A stretch of DNA of 62,808 nt, taken from the NCBI GenBank assembly GCA_017455185.1, contig JAFTBN010000061.1:1-62808 (forward strand), given 5' to 3'. The notes beneath the pieces are model-generated. The model was not told the DNA's origin and made no database searches. It worked only from the letters and a program-made list of their open reading frames with translations. Shown in pieces: positions 1-8,602 of this stretch. Made by a program: the position numbers and the translations under genes. Source of the stretch: Clostridia bacterium. Its GTDB lineage: Bacteria > Bacillota > Clostridia > Oscillospirales > CAG-272. Each line of letters starts with the position of its first letter. The first letter of the stretch is position 1.

Positions 1-26
1 AAGCCAGGATCAAACTCTCGAAATGA
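1..26 (-). rRNA. rrs: 16S rRNA, extreme 5' end only (gene continues off the left edge of the window)
   Basis: Positions 2-18 (AGCCAGGATCAAACTCT) are the reverse complement of the universal 16S 5' region AGAGTTTGATCCTGGCT. The mature 5' end (~26) is estimated, not determined. Confidence 0.8.
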
Positions 27-220
27 TGGTATCTTAAAGACCTTGCGGTCATTAAAATCAACTCGAGCTAATTTGATTTAGCTTTCTTTACTTTTGTTTG
101 AGTAGTATTCTCTTTCAGAATTTTCGAGATTTGTATTTCGCACATACTTGCTTTGTACTTATCTCTTGTTGTTCAATTTTCAAGGATCAATCTTGCCCCC
201 GCTTTTACGGCGACTTTTTT

Positions 221-249
221 ATAATAGCACTGCCTCTCTTTTTTGTCAA
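221..249 (-). promoter_or_regulatory. sigma-A type promoter of the rRNA operon
   Basis: Minus strand TTGACA (249-244), 17-nt spacer, TATTAT (226-221), with an A-rich stretch just upstream. It lies ~200 nt upstream of the 16S 5' end. Confidence 0.55.
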
Positions 250-344
250 GGGTTTTTTGAAATATTTTTTCACATTATCAGAAACATTTTTTGCTTCCGG
301 CCCAATCCTCTCCAAGATCCCTCAAACCGTTCGGCCCTCTCATC

Positions 345-373
345 TTGTTTTCCCCTTCCGCCCATGTTATAAT
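345..373 (+). promoter_or_regulatory. candidate promoter of the HAD hydrolase gene
   Basis: TTGTTT (345-350), 17-nt spacer, extended -10 TGtTATAAT (365-373), ~45 nt before the ATG at 417. Confidence 0.4.
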
Positions 374-416
374 TCCAATGGTAACTTTTCAAATGAAATA
401 AAAAAAGGAAAGAAAA

Positions 417-1088
417 ATGGATTCTTCATCTCGTTTATTGATCTTCGACCTGGACGGAACCGTCGCCGACACTCTGGAGGCCATCCGGGAGGCCGTCAAT
501 CTGACCATGCGCCGTTTCGGATGGCCGGAGCGGACCTACGATGAGGTCAGGCTGGCAGTCGGAAACGGGGCCCGGAAAATCGTGGAACGCTCCATGCCGA
601 AAGACTGCACCTCAGACCCGGCCCTGATCGACAGAGCCCTGGCAGAATACGATGCCTTATACGGACAGACCTATCTGCATACCGACCGGTGCTATCCCGG
701 CATCCCCGAAACCGTAGCGGAACTGAAAAAGCGGGGATTCCGTCTGGCCATGCTTTCCAACAAGCAGGACCCGTACGTTCAGTCTCTGGCGGCGCAGCTC
801 TTTCCGACCGGCACCTTTGACCTGGTGAGGGGACAAACCGACAAACCTAAAAAACCGGATCCCACCGTTCCGCTGGAATTCACAACCGCCCTGCACCTGC
901 AGCCATCCCGCTGCGTGATGATCGGGGACAGCAGCGTAGACATCCAGACCGGCAAGAACGCCGGCATGCTTACCGTTGGCTGTTCCTGGGGGTTCCGTCC
1001 CAGGAGCAGTTTGGAAGAAGCGGGAGCGGATTATATCGTGGACCGACCGGAAGAACTGCTGACCCTTCCTTTTGTTTCATCAGATTAA
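417..1088 (+). CDS. HAD-superfamily hydrolase, phosphoglycolate-phosphatase-like (subfamily IA)
   Basis: 223-aa ORF. HAD motif I is LIFDLDGTVADT, motif II is the SNK region, then KPKKPDP and motif IV GDSSVDIQTGKNAG. Confidence 0.85.
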   Translation: MDSSSRLLIFDLDGTVADTLEAIREAVNLTMRRFGWPERTYDEVRLAVGNGARKIVERSMPKDCTSDPALIDRALAEYDALYGQTYLHTDRCYPGIPETVAELKKRGFRLAMLSNKQDPYVQSLAAQLFPTGTFDLVRGQTDKPKKPDPTVPLEFTTALHLQPSRCVMIGDSSVDIQTGKNAGMLTVGCSWGFRPRSSLEEAGADYIVDRPEELLTLPFVSSD

Positions 1089-1104
1089 CCCGATAGGAGT
1101 ATTT

Positions 1105-2772
1105 ATGCAAGCCAAACTGATTTCCTCTCTTGAAAAAGTCTTCCCGGAACAGGCCGTGCGTTCCTTCAGGACCTTGTCTTCCCTTTCCGTGCTGTACGGG
1201 GAGAGATTCTCATTTCAGATCGTCTACCGGGCAGACAAAGATGAATCCCCTGTCTCCTGGATTCGCGTCGGCATGCAATCCGACACAGAAGCGCGGGTTT
1301 CTTTCCGCATCGTTGACCTGGTTCCGGTCCTGTTTCCCTGCTACGAGGGCAAGACCGACGACCTTTATCTGAAAAAGACCCCCGGCCTTTATCCCGACCT
1401 GCTTTCCCCCACGCAATACGATTCCTGCGTCCCGGCTTTCACCAATCAGACCCGGGCCGTATGGGTAACCGTCGAGGGGATAAGTCCGTCCGAGGCAACC
1501 CCGGGCAACCACACCTTGCACCTGACCCTGTCCAAAAAAGACGGCCGGCCGCTGGCCGAGCTGACGCTTTCCCTGCGCGTCGTTCCGGTTCAGCTCCCCA
1601 AGCCCAACCTGTATTTCACCCAATGGTTCTATTGCGACTGCCTGGCGACACAATATCATACCACGGCCTTTTCCGAGCGCCACTGGGAAATCATCGAATC
1701 CTTCCTTCGCTGCGCCGCCCGCAACGGGATCAACACCATCCTGACTCCTCTGTTCACGCCCCCGCTGGATACCGAAATCGGAGGAGAACGGCTGAGCACG
1801 CAATTGGTGGACATCACCCTGGAGAGCGACGGCTCCTACCGGTTCAAATTCGACAAACTGGACCGCTGGGTAGACCTGTGCCAGGCGTGCGGAATCGAAA
1901 ACTTTGAAATGGCCCACCTGTTCACCCAATGGGGCGCCAAGGCGGCGCCGAAAGTCGTCGCGCAGGTGAACGGTATTCCGACCCGGATTTTCGGATGGGA
2001 CACGCCTTCCAAAGCGGGCGAATATCCGCATTTCCTTTCCTGCTTCCTCCCTGAACTGGTAGATCACCTGAAAAGGCGCGGGCTCGAAAAGAACGTCTTT
2101 TTCCACATCTCGGATGAACCAACGCTGGATTTCCTGGAGACCTACCGGTCGCTGCTTTCCATTGTCAAGCCGTATCTCGAAGGCTTCCCCATCATGGACG
2201 CCATGTCCGACCTGGATTTCTACAAGCAGGGACTGTGCAACACGCCTGTCCCGGGAAACGACCACATAGAGCCTTTCCTCGAAGAAGGCGTGGAAAATCT
2301 GTGGACCTATTACTGCTGTGTGCAGGGCCGGAACGTCAGCAACCGCTTCATCGCGATGCCGTCGGCCAGAAACCGGTGCCTCGGATATCAGCTGTACAAA
2401 TACAACATAAAAGGCTTCCTCCATTGGGGCTTCAACTTCTACAACAACATGAACTCCCACGATATCATCTTCCCCTTCCTGAATGCGTCCGGATCCTACC
2501 AGGTGCCGGACGGAGATGCCTTCCAGGTTTATCCGGCCCCCGACGGAACGCCGCTTGAATCCATTCGTCTGGTCGTTTTCCATGAAGGATTGCAGGATCT
2601 GGCGGCTCTGCAGCTTTGCGAGGCCGGTCTGAACCACGAAGAAGTGGTGAAAGAACTGGAGTCGGTTACAGGCCCCGTTTCCTTCTCCAGCTGTCCCGAC
2701 CGGGGAGAACCGATTCTCCGCATGCGCCGCGCAATAAACCGGCTCATTGAAAAACAGCACCCGGCAAATTAA
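1105..2772 (+). CDS. DUF4091-type putative glycoside hydrolase (family recalled from the N-terminus and length, not searched)
   Basis: Track ORF 1072..2772. Start moved to ATG 1105 (MQAKLISSLEKVFPE...), which follows TAGGAG at 1094-1099. 555 aa. Confidence 0.7.
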   Translation: MQAKLISSLEKVFPEQAVRSFRTLSSLSVLYGERFSFQIVYRADKDESPVSWIRVGMQSDTEARVSFRIVDLVPVLFPCYEGKTDDLYLKKTPGLYPDLLSPTQYDSCVPAFTNQTRAVWVTVEGISPSEATPGNHTLHLTLSKKDGRPLAELTLSLRVVPVQLPKPNLYFTQWFYCDCLATQYHTTAFSERHWEIIESFLRCAARNGINTILTPLFTPPLDTEIGGERLSTQLVDITLESDGSYRFKFDKLDRWVDLCQACGIENFEMAHLFTQWGAKAAPKVVAQVNGIPTRIFGWDTPSKAGEYPHFLSCFLPELVDHLKRRGLEKNVFFHISDEPTLDFLETYRSLLSIVKPYLEGFPIMDAMSDLDFYKQGLCNTPVPGNDHIEPFLEEGVENLWTYYCCVQGRNVSNRFIAMPSARNRCLGYQLYKYNIKGFLHWGFNFYNNMNSHDIIFPFLNASGSYQVPDGDAFQVYPAPDGTPLESIRLVVFHEGLQDLAALQLCEAGLNHEEVVKELESVTGPVSFSSCPDRGEPILRMRRAINRLIEKQHPAN

Positions 2773-2776
2773 GAAT

Positions 2777-2826
2777 CAGGCTGCCCGCCGACCCCTTCGG
2801 GTCGCGGGCAGCCTGTTCTGTTTATT
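2777..2826. terminator. bidirectional intrinsic terminator between convergent genes
   Basis: Long GC stem CAGGCTGCCCGC(C)GACCC-cttc-GGGTCGCGGGCAGCCTG (2777-2815) followed by a T-rich tail. It lies between the stops at 2772 (+) and 2853 (-). Confidence 0.8.
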
Positions 2827-2852
2827 CGGTTCAAAGAATATGTCTCTGCCTC

Positions 2853-5534
2853 TCAGGAAGTGTACGTCACCTCGTCCGGCTCCCAGATGGCGGTTCTGGA
2901 ATACAGGCTGACGTGTCCGCCTTCCTGCAGGAACGAATATCCGTTATAGCGCATGACGGAGACGGCAACCGCGTCCGAATTCTCGAACATCAGTTGGTAA
3001 GCCGTATCCCCGATGTTGTCCGAGCCGATGTTGACCATCAGAACATCCCGGCTGTTCATCACCGTAACCAGGGTCTTGCAGCCATAGGTGAAGGTGCTGC
3101 ACAGCACCTCGTTCTCCGCGTCCTGAAGCACCAGATAGTCCAGGTGCTTTCTGGAGAGCTGGAACCCGACGTTATACCCGAGCGAGAAGTTGTCCCACTT
3201 GGATATGACCGAATTCGTCCGCAGCATGACCGTGGCGTTGGAAAGATTGCCGAAAATCATACCATCCTTTCCGCCCGCCGTGATGACGTTATAGTAACAC
3301 CATGCAACCAGTTTCTTTATGTAGTGGTTATCGCATCCCCGGAAGTCCACTCCATACCCTGCGGCCGAAATGCCGCAGTTGACGCAAAAGACGCCTTTCG
3401 CCCTTCCCCGGATCATATAGACCGAGCGGAGCGTATCAAGCGAATCCACCACCATAATGTTGTTCTGTGGCATGAAGAAGCGGATTCCGCTCACGCCGGC
3501 GTTCTCCCCGGACAGAGTCAAAAACGCCTGGTCCTCATTGGGATCAAACCCCATTCCGGCTCCGTAGTACACATAGAACATGGTTCCGAGGCTCACCCCG
3601 CTCTGGCAGCGGTTGGGCACGCTTCCCGCGCCTCTCAGTTCTACCCCGGCGGGAACGGTGACCGGATGCTCAAACCGGTAGATGCCGGCCGGAACGTACA
3701 CGATGCCTCCCGTCTTCCCTGCTTCGTCCAGAACTTCCTGGAGCAGCAGAGAACTGTCTGCTTCTTCGGACTTTAAAAGTTCTGCAACGTACAGATTCGG
3801 TTCGGGCTTGACGTAGGTGCGGTCATACGGAACAACCCAGTCCTGCAGGGACTCCTGGTCTAGATATTCTCCGATATGAAGCCCGTAAATGTCTCCTTTG
3901 TAATCGACGTCGGTGGACTTGATGTACGCCCGCGTCATGTTGCGGATGGCATACTCGCTTCCCTGCACCACCGAACGGCCGATGACCATGCCCCAGCGAT
4001 CGTCCATGTCCTCAATCTCGATGCCGTAATCGCAATCGGTGACATACAGATCGTAAAAGGAACCGGCGAAAGTTGCCCGGACGCCCTTGACCGTCTTCAG
4101 GCCGTATTGGAACTGGGACAGCCGGATGTTGGAAAACTCCGTCCATTCCAGGTCTCCCAGCCGCATGCCGGTGGCATGCGCGCGGGTATACGCCTCAATC
4201 TCGGCCTGCGACGGAACGGCGCCCAGTTTGCAGTTGGCCCAATAAGAACCGTCTGCCTTCATCGTCGTCACCGTGCCCACGTCCGAAGAATTGGCGATAT
4301 CCAAGCCGGTATGAAGGAATGTGCCGTAAATGTTTTCCAGTGTCAGCTGCTCGTGCCCGGTTTCTCCCAGGCAAGCCCCAATGCCGCGGTATGCGTTGAG
4401 AATCGTCACATCCGCCACGGTGGAAAGCATCCCGCCCGGAACATAGAAGGTATGAGGATAAATCTTTATATCGTCCAGACTCTGATCCGGATAATAGACG
4501 GTCAGGCCGACGGCGCCGGCCGAGCCGCCCAGCAAAAACAGTCCCTGTTCCTTGGCCTCATCGTCCGACCCCAGCGCATTGCCTTTGTAGACGATGACCG
4601 TTCCGTAAGAACGTCCGTCGGTGACCAGATCCGGATTTTGCCATTCACCCCTGAGCGTAACAAACGCCGGAACATGAATGGTTCCCGTCACCAGATACCG
4701 GCCCTCGGGCAGCCAGACGGTTCCTCCGTTCAGCGTGGCGCAGGCGTTCAGCGCCTGCTGAATGCCGCGGGTGGAATCCTTCTCACCGGTCGGGTCAACC
4801 CCGAAATCCGCCGCATTGATGTCCGCTATGACCCAGTCCTTGGTCTCATATTTGGTTTGAATCAGCTGCGCCTTACTCGAGACACGGGGCAGATTGGCGA
4901 CATAAGCCGCCCAGGATTCCTTTTCGTACTGCTCCCGGTCCTCCTGCGTAAAGGTTCCTTTAATATACAGATCCTCCGGAATGCGGACCGAAGACAGGCC
5001 TTTGGCCCCGGTCTCGCCTTCGCCCATCGGAAAAAACCGATCCAGGAAAACCCGCACCGCCTTGGAAGTAGCCGCGGCATCATACCCGATGATGACAATC
5101 TTGTACTCGTTGGCCACCCGGATCAGATACTCTCCGTCCTGCAGTTGGGCCAAAGCCTGGGCCGATTCCTCCCGGTTGGTGTTTCCAAGCAAAATCTCAT
5201 ATGCCTGCGTAATCGCGGGGGAAGTCAGATCCTCCATAGACCAATCCGTGGAAATCAGGACCTGTGTATCCTTAAGACCCGTATACTTGAGAATCGTGGT
5301 GCGCAAAAGCACCGCCGCCTCTACGAATGCCTTGTCTTTGACAATATCTTCCCGGATAATGGTGTACTTGAACGATCCGTCGCTTTTTTCCAGAACGAGA
5401 GGATCGGCGCTTGACTGTTCTGTTTCAGACTGCCGGGCCGGCTCCTCGTTCTTTGTGCAGGAAGCAAGAAGACAGGCCGCCACAAGAACAAGGCAAACCA
5501 GAAAACCCCATCGATACAACCGTCCTTTTTTCAT
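2853..5534 (-). CDS. surface lipoprotein with two pectate-lyase-fold beta-helix domains (GH55-like putative glycan depolymerase), paralog A
   Basis: 893-aa ORF with RBS GGGAGGA upstream, a signal peptide and lipobox LLASC. It has two pectate-lyase-3-type cap motifs (DFGVDPTGEKDSTRGIQQALN..GGTVWLPEGRYLV and LLLQEVLDEAGKTGGIVYVPAGIYRF). The GH55 assignment is an inference from the two-beta-helix architecture. Confidence 0.85.
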   Translation of the reverse strand: MKKGRLYRWGFLVCLVLVAACLLASCTKNEEPARQSETEQSSADPLVLEKSDGSFKYTIIREDIVKDKAFVEAAVLLRTTILKYTGLKDTQVLISTDWSMEDLTSPAITQAYEILLGNTNREESAQALAQLQDGEYLIRVANEYKIVIIGYDAAATSKAVRVFLDRFFPMGEGETGAKGLSSVRIPEDLYIKGTFTQEDREQYEKESWAAYVANLPRVSSKAQLIQTKYETKDWVIADINAADFGVDPTGEKDSTRGIQQALNACATLNGGTVWLPEGRYLVTGTIHVPAFVTLRGEWQNPDLVTDGRSYGTVIVYKGNALGSDDEAKEQGLFLLGGSAGAVGLTVYYPDQSLDDIKIYPHTFYVPGGMLSTVADVTILNAYRGIGACLGETGHEQLTLENIYGTFLHTGLDIANSSDVGTVTTMKADGSYWANCKLGAVPSQAEIEAYTRAHATGMRLGDLEWTEFSNIRLSQFQYGLKTVKGVRATFAGSFYDLYVTDCDYGIEIEDMDDRWGMVIGRSVVQGSEYAIRNMTRAYIKSTDVDYKGDIYGLHIGEYLDQESLQDWVVPYDRTYVKPEPNLYVAELLKSEEADSSLLLQEVLDEAGKTGGIVYVPAGIYRFEHPVTVPAGVELRGAGSVPNRCQSGVSLGTMFYVYYGAGMGFDPNEDQAFLTLSGENAGVSGIRFFMPQNNIMVVDSLDTLRSVYMIRGRAKGVFCVNCGISAAGYGVDFRGCDNHYIKKLVAWCYYNVITAGGKDGMIFGNLSNATVMLRTNSVISKWDNFSLGYNVGFQLSRKHLDYLVLQDAENEVLCSTFTYGCKTLVTVMNSRDVLMVNIGSDNIGDTAYQLMFENSDAVAVSVMRYNGYSFLQEGGHVSLYSRTAIWEPDEVTYTS

Positions 5535-5549
5535 GCTTCCTCCCGATTC

Positions 5550-8213
5550 TTATTTGGTTTTAATGACCGTTTCTTCTTTTGCACTGTTGATGGTCAACCG
5601 GTTATACAGCGCCAGTTTTCCACCGTCGTGATCGTAGGAGTGTCCGTTGTAACGCATCAGGTTGATACCGGCCAAAGAACCGCTCTTCACAACGGTCTGC
5701 GCCGTATTTTTACCGATGTTATCCGAACCGATGTTGACGAGCAGTGTATCGGTCGCTCCGTCGTTGACTGCAAATGTCGCAACGCCATACGCAAATGTGT
5801 TGTAAATCTTTTCGTCCGAACCGTCCGCGACACGGATGTATGTACAATACAGCCGTGTAATGGGGTCAAAGAGTTTCTCAAATACCTGGCCCTCTCCCAA
5901 CCAGTTCTTCACAACCTTGGAAGCGCAGCGGCACAAAACAGTACCGTTTTGCAGGCAGCCTTCCACAACGCCGCCTTTTCCTCCCAGAGTCATGGTCTCA
6001 TAGTAGCACAGGGTAATCAGTTTTTTAATGAAATGATTGTCGCATTCCGAGAAATCCACACCATAAGCCGAACCCGCAATCGAGCAGTTGACAATGTAGA
6101 CGTCCGCTGCCTCGCCGACAATCGTATACGTGCTGGACAATGTCTCGTTGAGCGGGCTGTTGGTCGGATAGATGAACCGGATGCCGTTCACGCCGGCGCC
6201 TTTTCCCGCAAGCGTCACGGCGCCTTTGTCCGACTGACCGAAAGAGGCTCCGACACCGTAATAGACATATACCACGGTTCCGGCACAAAGACCTCCCTGG
6301 TCACGGGTCGGAGATCCCGCGCTTCCGCGCAGTTCCACGCCCGCCGGAACCGAAATCGGTTTATCCAGCCGATAGGAGCCGCTGGGAAGATACACGACGC
6401 CTCCCGTGGCCTTGGCCTCGTTCAGGGACGCCTGAATCACATCGGAGGCATCCTGCACACCGGTCTTGTCCGCGTCCACCACGTAAAGATGCGCGGCCGG
6501 CTTGGAATAGACCGACTCATACGGGATGGCGTATTGGGAAATATCCGCACCGGCATCCTGAAGAACGTTTCCGCTCTTGGTTCCGCTCAGGGTTGTCCCG
6601 ACCAGTTTGACATACCCATCGGTTTTGTTGTTGATGCTGTGGCTGCTGCCCGAAAGGTTGGCGTTTGCCACGACCATACCCCAGCGCGTATCCAGAGCGT
6701 CCACCTGCAGCGCGGTATCGCAGTCGTGAATGTCTACGCCGTACAGCGAACCAGCGAACTCAATCCGCTTTCCTTTAACAATTTGGACGCCGATGGCGCA
6801 CTGCTCAATCTGCAGGTTGGCGAATTCGGTCCATTCCAGGTCGCCCAGAATCAGACCGGTCGTATTTTTGCGTGTATAATTCTCAATTTCGGACCGGGTC
6901 GGAATCGATTCTCCCAGTTTGCATTCCGCCCAGTATTTCGGGCTGACGTAAACGTTTTTCCAGGTTCCCACGTCCGCCTGGTTGTACACTTCCGCAGCCG
7001 TGCGAAGGAAAGTTCCCTTCACCGTGTCCACGGTGAACATTTCATGCGCGTTTTCCTCCGCCACGCAGGCGCCGATTCCCTGGTAGCCGTTGATGACCGT
7101 GCAGTTGTATACGCAGGCAAGCATATAGGCATTTCCGGCACCGGTTGTATAGAAGGTGAACGGATATTCGTTGACCTTGCTCAGAGTCTGCCGCGGATAG
7201 TAAATCGTCAGGCCTCTGACGCCCGCGGAGCCGTCTATTACGAACAGCGAATTGGCGCAGCTGTCGGATTTGGCCACGTCCGCCACAAGAATGGTTCCGT
7301 AGCTCTTTCCGTCCGTCACCGTATCGGGATCGGCCCAGTCGCCGCGCAATGTGCAATACGGCGGGATATTGATGGTGGAGGAAACAAGATAGGTTCCGGC
7401 CGGAAGGTAAACCGTTCCGCCGCCTGCGTTCTTCACGTATTCGATCGCATTGCGGATCGACGACGTAGCGTCCTTGACGCCGGTGGGGTCAACCGGGAAC
7501 TGCGCGTTGTCCGCCGTCAGTTCCACATCCACCAGCACACGGTCCTCCGTCTCATACAGCGTTTCCACCAGATGCGGGTTGTTGCGGTTCCGAATGACCG
7601 CAATCTCCTCCTCGGACAGGAAATGGTGCTCCAGCACTCCGTCCTTCAGCTCCGGGAAAGAACTCAGGGTTCCTTCTCCGCTGTAACCGAAATATTCCGC
7701 AATCAGCCAGTCCACGGCCTCTTCCAAAGATTCAGCCGTTTCTCCGTTGATGATGATTTTATTGCCGGATATGACCACATACCACTCCTGCAAGGAGTAT
7801 TCCTTCTTGTCGTACTCATCGTCGGCATTCCGGTTCGTTCCGCCGATCAGGAATTCGTATCCGTCCTGCGGGATTTCCTTTCCTCGGTCCACATAGTCGG
7901 TTCCGATTTCAACCTGATCGGACGTAAATCCGTATGCCGTCATCAGAAACTTACGGAGTTTGACCGAAGCGGCAACCCCGCGGTTGTTATAATCGCTCCG
8001 CAGAAGCGTGTATTTGAAATTGCCGTTTTCATCCACCCAGTCGGTCGCTTCTCCGACCGCTGTCGTTTCGGAATCGGTTTCAGACTCGTTGTTCTGCACG
8101 GAAGTGTCCGTTTCCTTTGCTGTATCCGTATCATCCCCCTTCGAGTTTGAACAGGAAGCCAGGCACAACAGCACAAGAACCGCTGCCAGCAACACAATCA
8201 ATAAGCGTTTCAT
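5550..8213 (-). CDS. surface lipoprotein with two pectate-lyase-fold beta-helix domains (GH55-like), paralog B
   Basis: 887-aa ORF with a signal peptide and lipobox LASC. Cap motifs are FPVDPTGVKDATSSIRNAIEYVKNAGGGTVYLPAGTYLV and DASDVIQASLNEAKATGGVVYLPSGSYRL. It is collinear with paralog A (GDLEWTEF, CDNHxIKKL, LVNIGSDNIG, MRYNGxS), with a 15-nt gap to the downstream paralog. Confidence 0.85.
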   Translation of the reverse strand: MKRLLIVLLAAVLVLLCLASCSNSKGDDTDTAKETDTSVQNNESETDSETTAVGEATDWVDENGNFKYTLLRSDYNNRGVAASVKLRKFLMTAYGFTSDQVEIGTDYVDRGKEIPQDGYEFLIGGTNRNADDEYDKKEYSLQEWYVVISGNKIIINGETAESLEEAVDWLIAEYFGYSGEGTLSSFPELKDGVLEHHFLSEEEIAVIRNRNNPHLVETLYETEDRVLVDVELTADNAQFPVDPTGVKDATSSIRNAIEYVKNAGGGTVYLPAGTYLVSSTINIPPYCTLRGDWADPDTVTDGKSYGTILVADVAKSDSCANSLFVIDGSAGVRGLTIYYPRQTLSKVNEYPFTFYTTGAGNAYMLACVYNCTVINGYQGIGACVAEENAHEMFTVDTVKGTFLRTAAEVYNQADVGTWKNVYVSPKYWAECKLGESIPTRSEIENYTRKNTTGLILGDLEWTEFANLQIEQCAIGVQIVKGKRIEFAGSLYGVDIHDCDTALQVDALDTRWGMVVANANLSGSSHSINNKTDGYVKLVGTTLSGTKSGNVLQDAGADISQYAIPYESVYSKPAAHLYVVDADKTGVQDASDVIQASLNEAKATGGVVYLPSGSYRLDKPISVPAGVELRGSAGSPTRDQGGLCAGTVVYVYYGVGASFGQSDKGAVTLAGKGAGVNGIRFIYPTNSPLNETLSSTYTIVGEAADVYIVNCSIAGSAYGVDFSECDNHFIKKLITLCYYETMTLGGKGGVVEGCLQNGTVLCRCASKVVKNWLGEGQVFEKLFDPITRLYCTYIRVADGSDEKIYNTFAYGVATFAVNDGATDTLLVNIGSDNIGKNTAQTVVKSGSLAGINLMRYNGHSYDHDGGKLALYNRLTINSAKEETVIKTK

Positions 8214-8280
8214 ACCTCATCGCAGCCGTTTTACGGCCGCTACCTCCAATCGTTTTCCGGGCGTATATCACGCCATAATC

Positions 8281-8309
8281 ATTATACGAAAGTCACTTTC
8301 TTCTGTCAA
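8281..8309 (-). promoter_or_regulatory. consensus sigma-A promoter of the two-lipoprotein operon
   Basis: Minus strand TTGACA (8309-8304), exactly 17 nt, TATAAT (8286-8281). It lies ~70 nt upstream of the ATG at 8213. Confidence 0.7.
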
Positions 8310-8602
8310 CACAAACGAAGGAAAATGCAGATACCCGGACGCGCCCGGACGCGCCGCGCCCCTTTTCTTTTCCCTTTTCTGTCAAAGCAGTGTGTCTGCT
8401 TTTCATAAACCTGGCGGTCCGCTTTTTTCCTGTCGGGACATCCCCGCAATCGCGCAGAAAAGGACCACATCCACCGGTCCAAGACCCGTGAATGTGGTCC
8501 ATTCTATGCATTCATTCCGCTAAAAGACGCGTACCGAACGGATTGTCTCCGAAGACTGTGCGCCTCTGTTCACGGAAAGAACAGCTTGTTTTTGCACTCA
8601 GA

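Noticed and set aside
98-544. ORFs 98..544 and 148..372 at the left edge.
   Set aside because: They lie in the rRNA operon promoter and leader region and overlap the HAD gene start out of frame. They are F/L/S-rich with no RBS.
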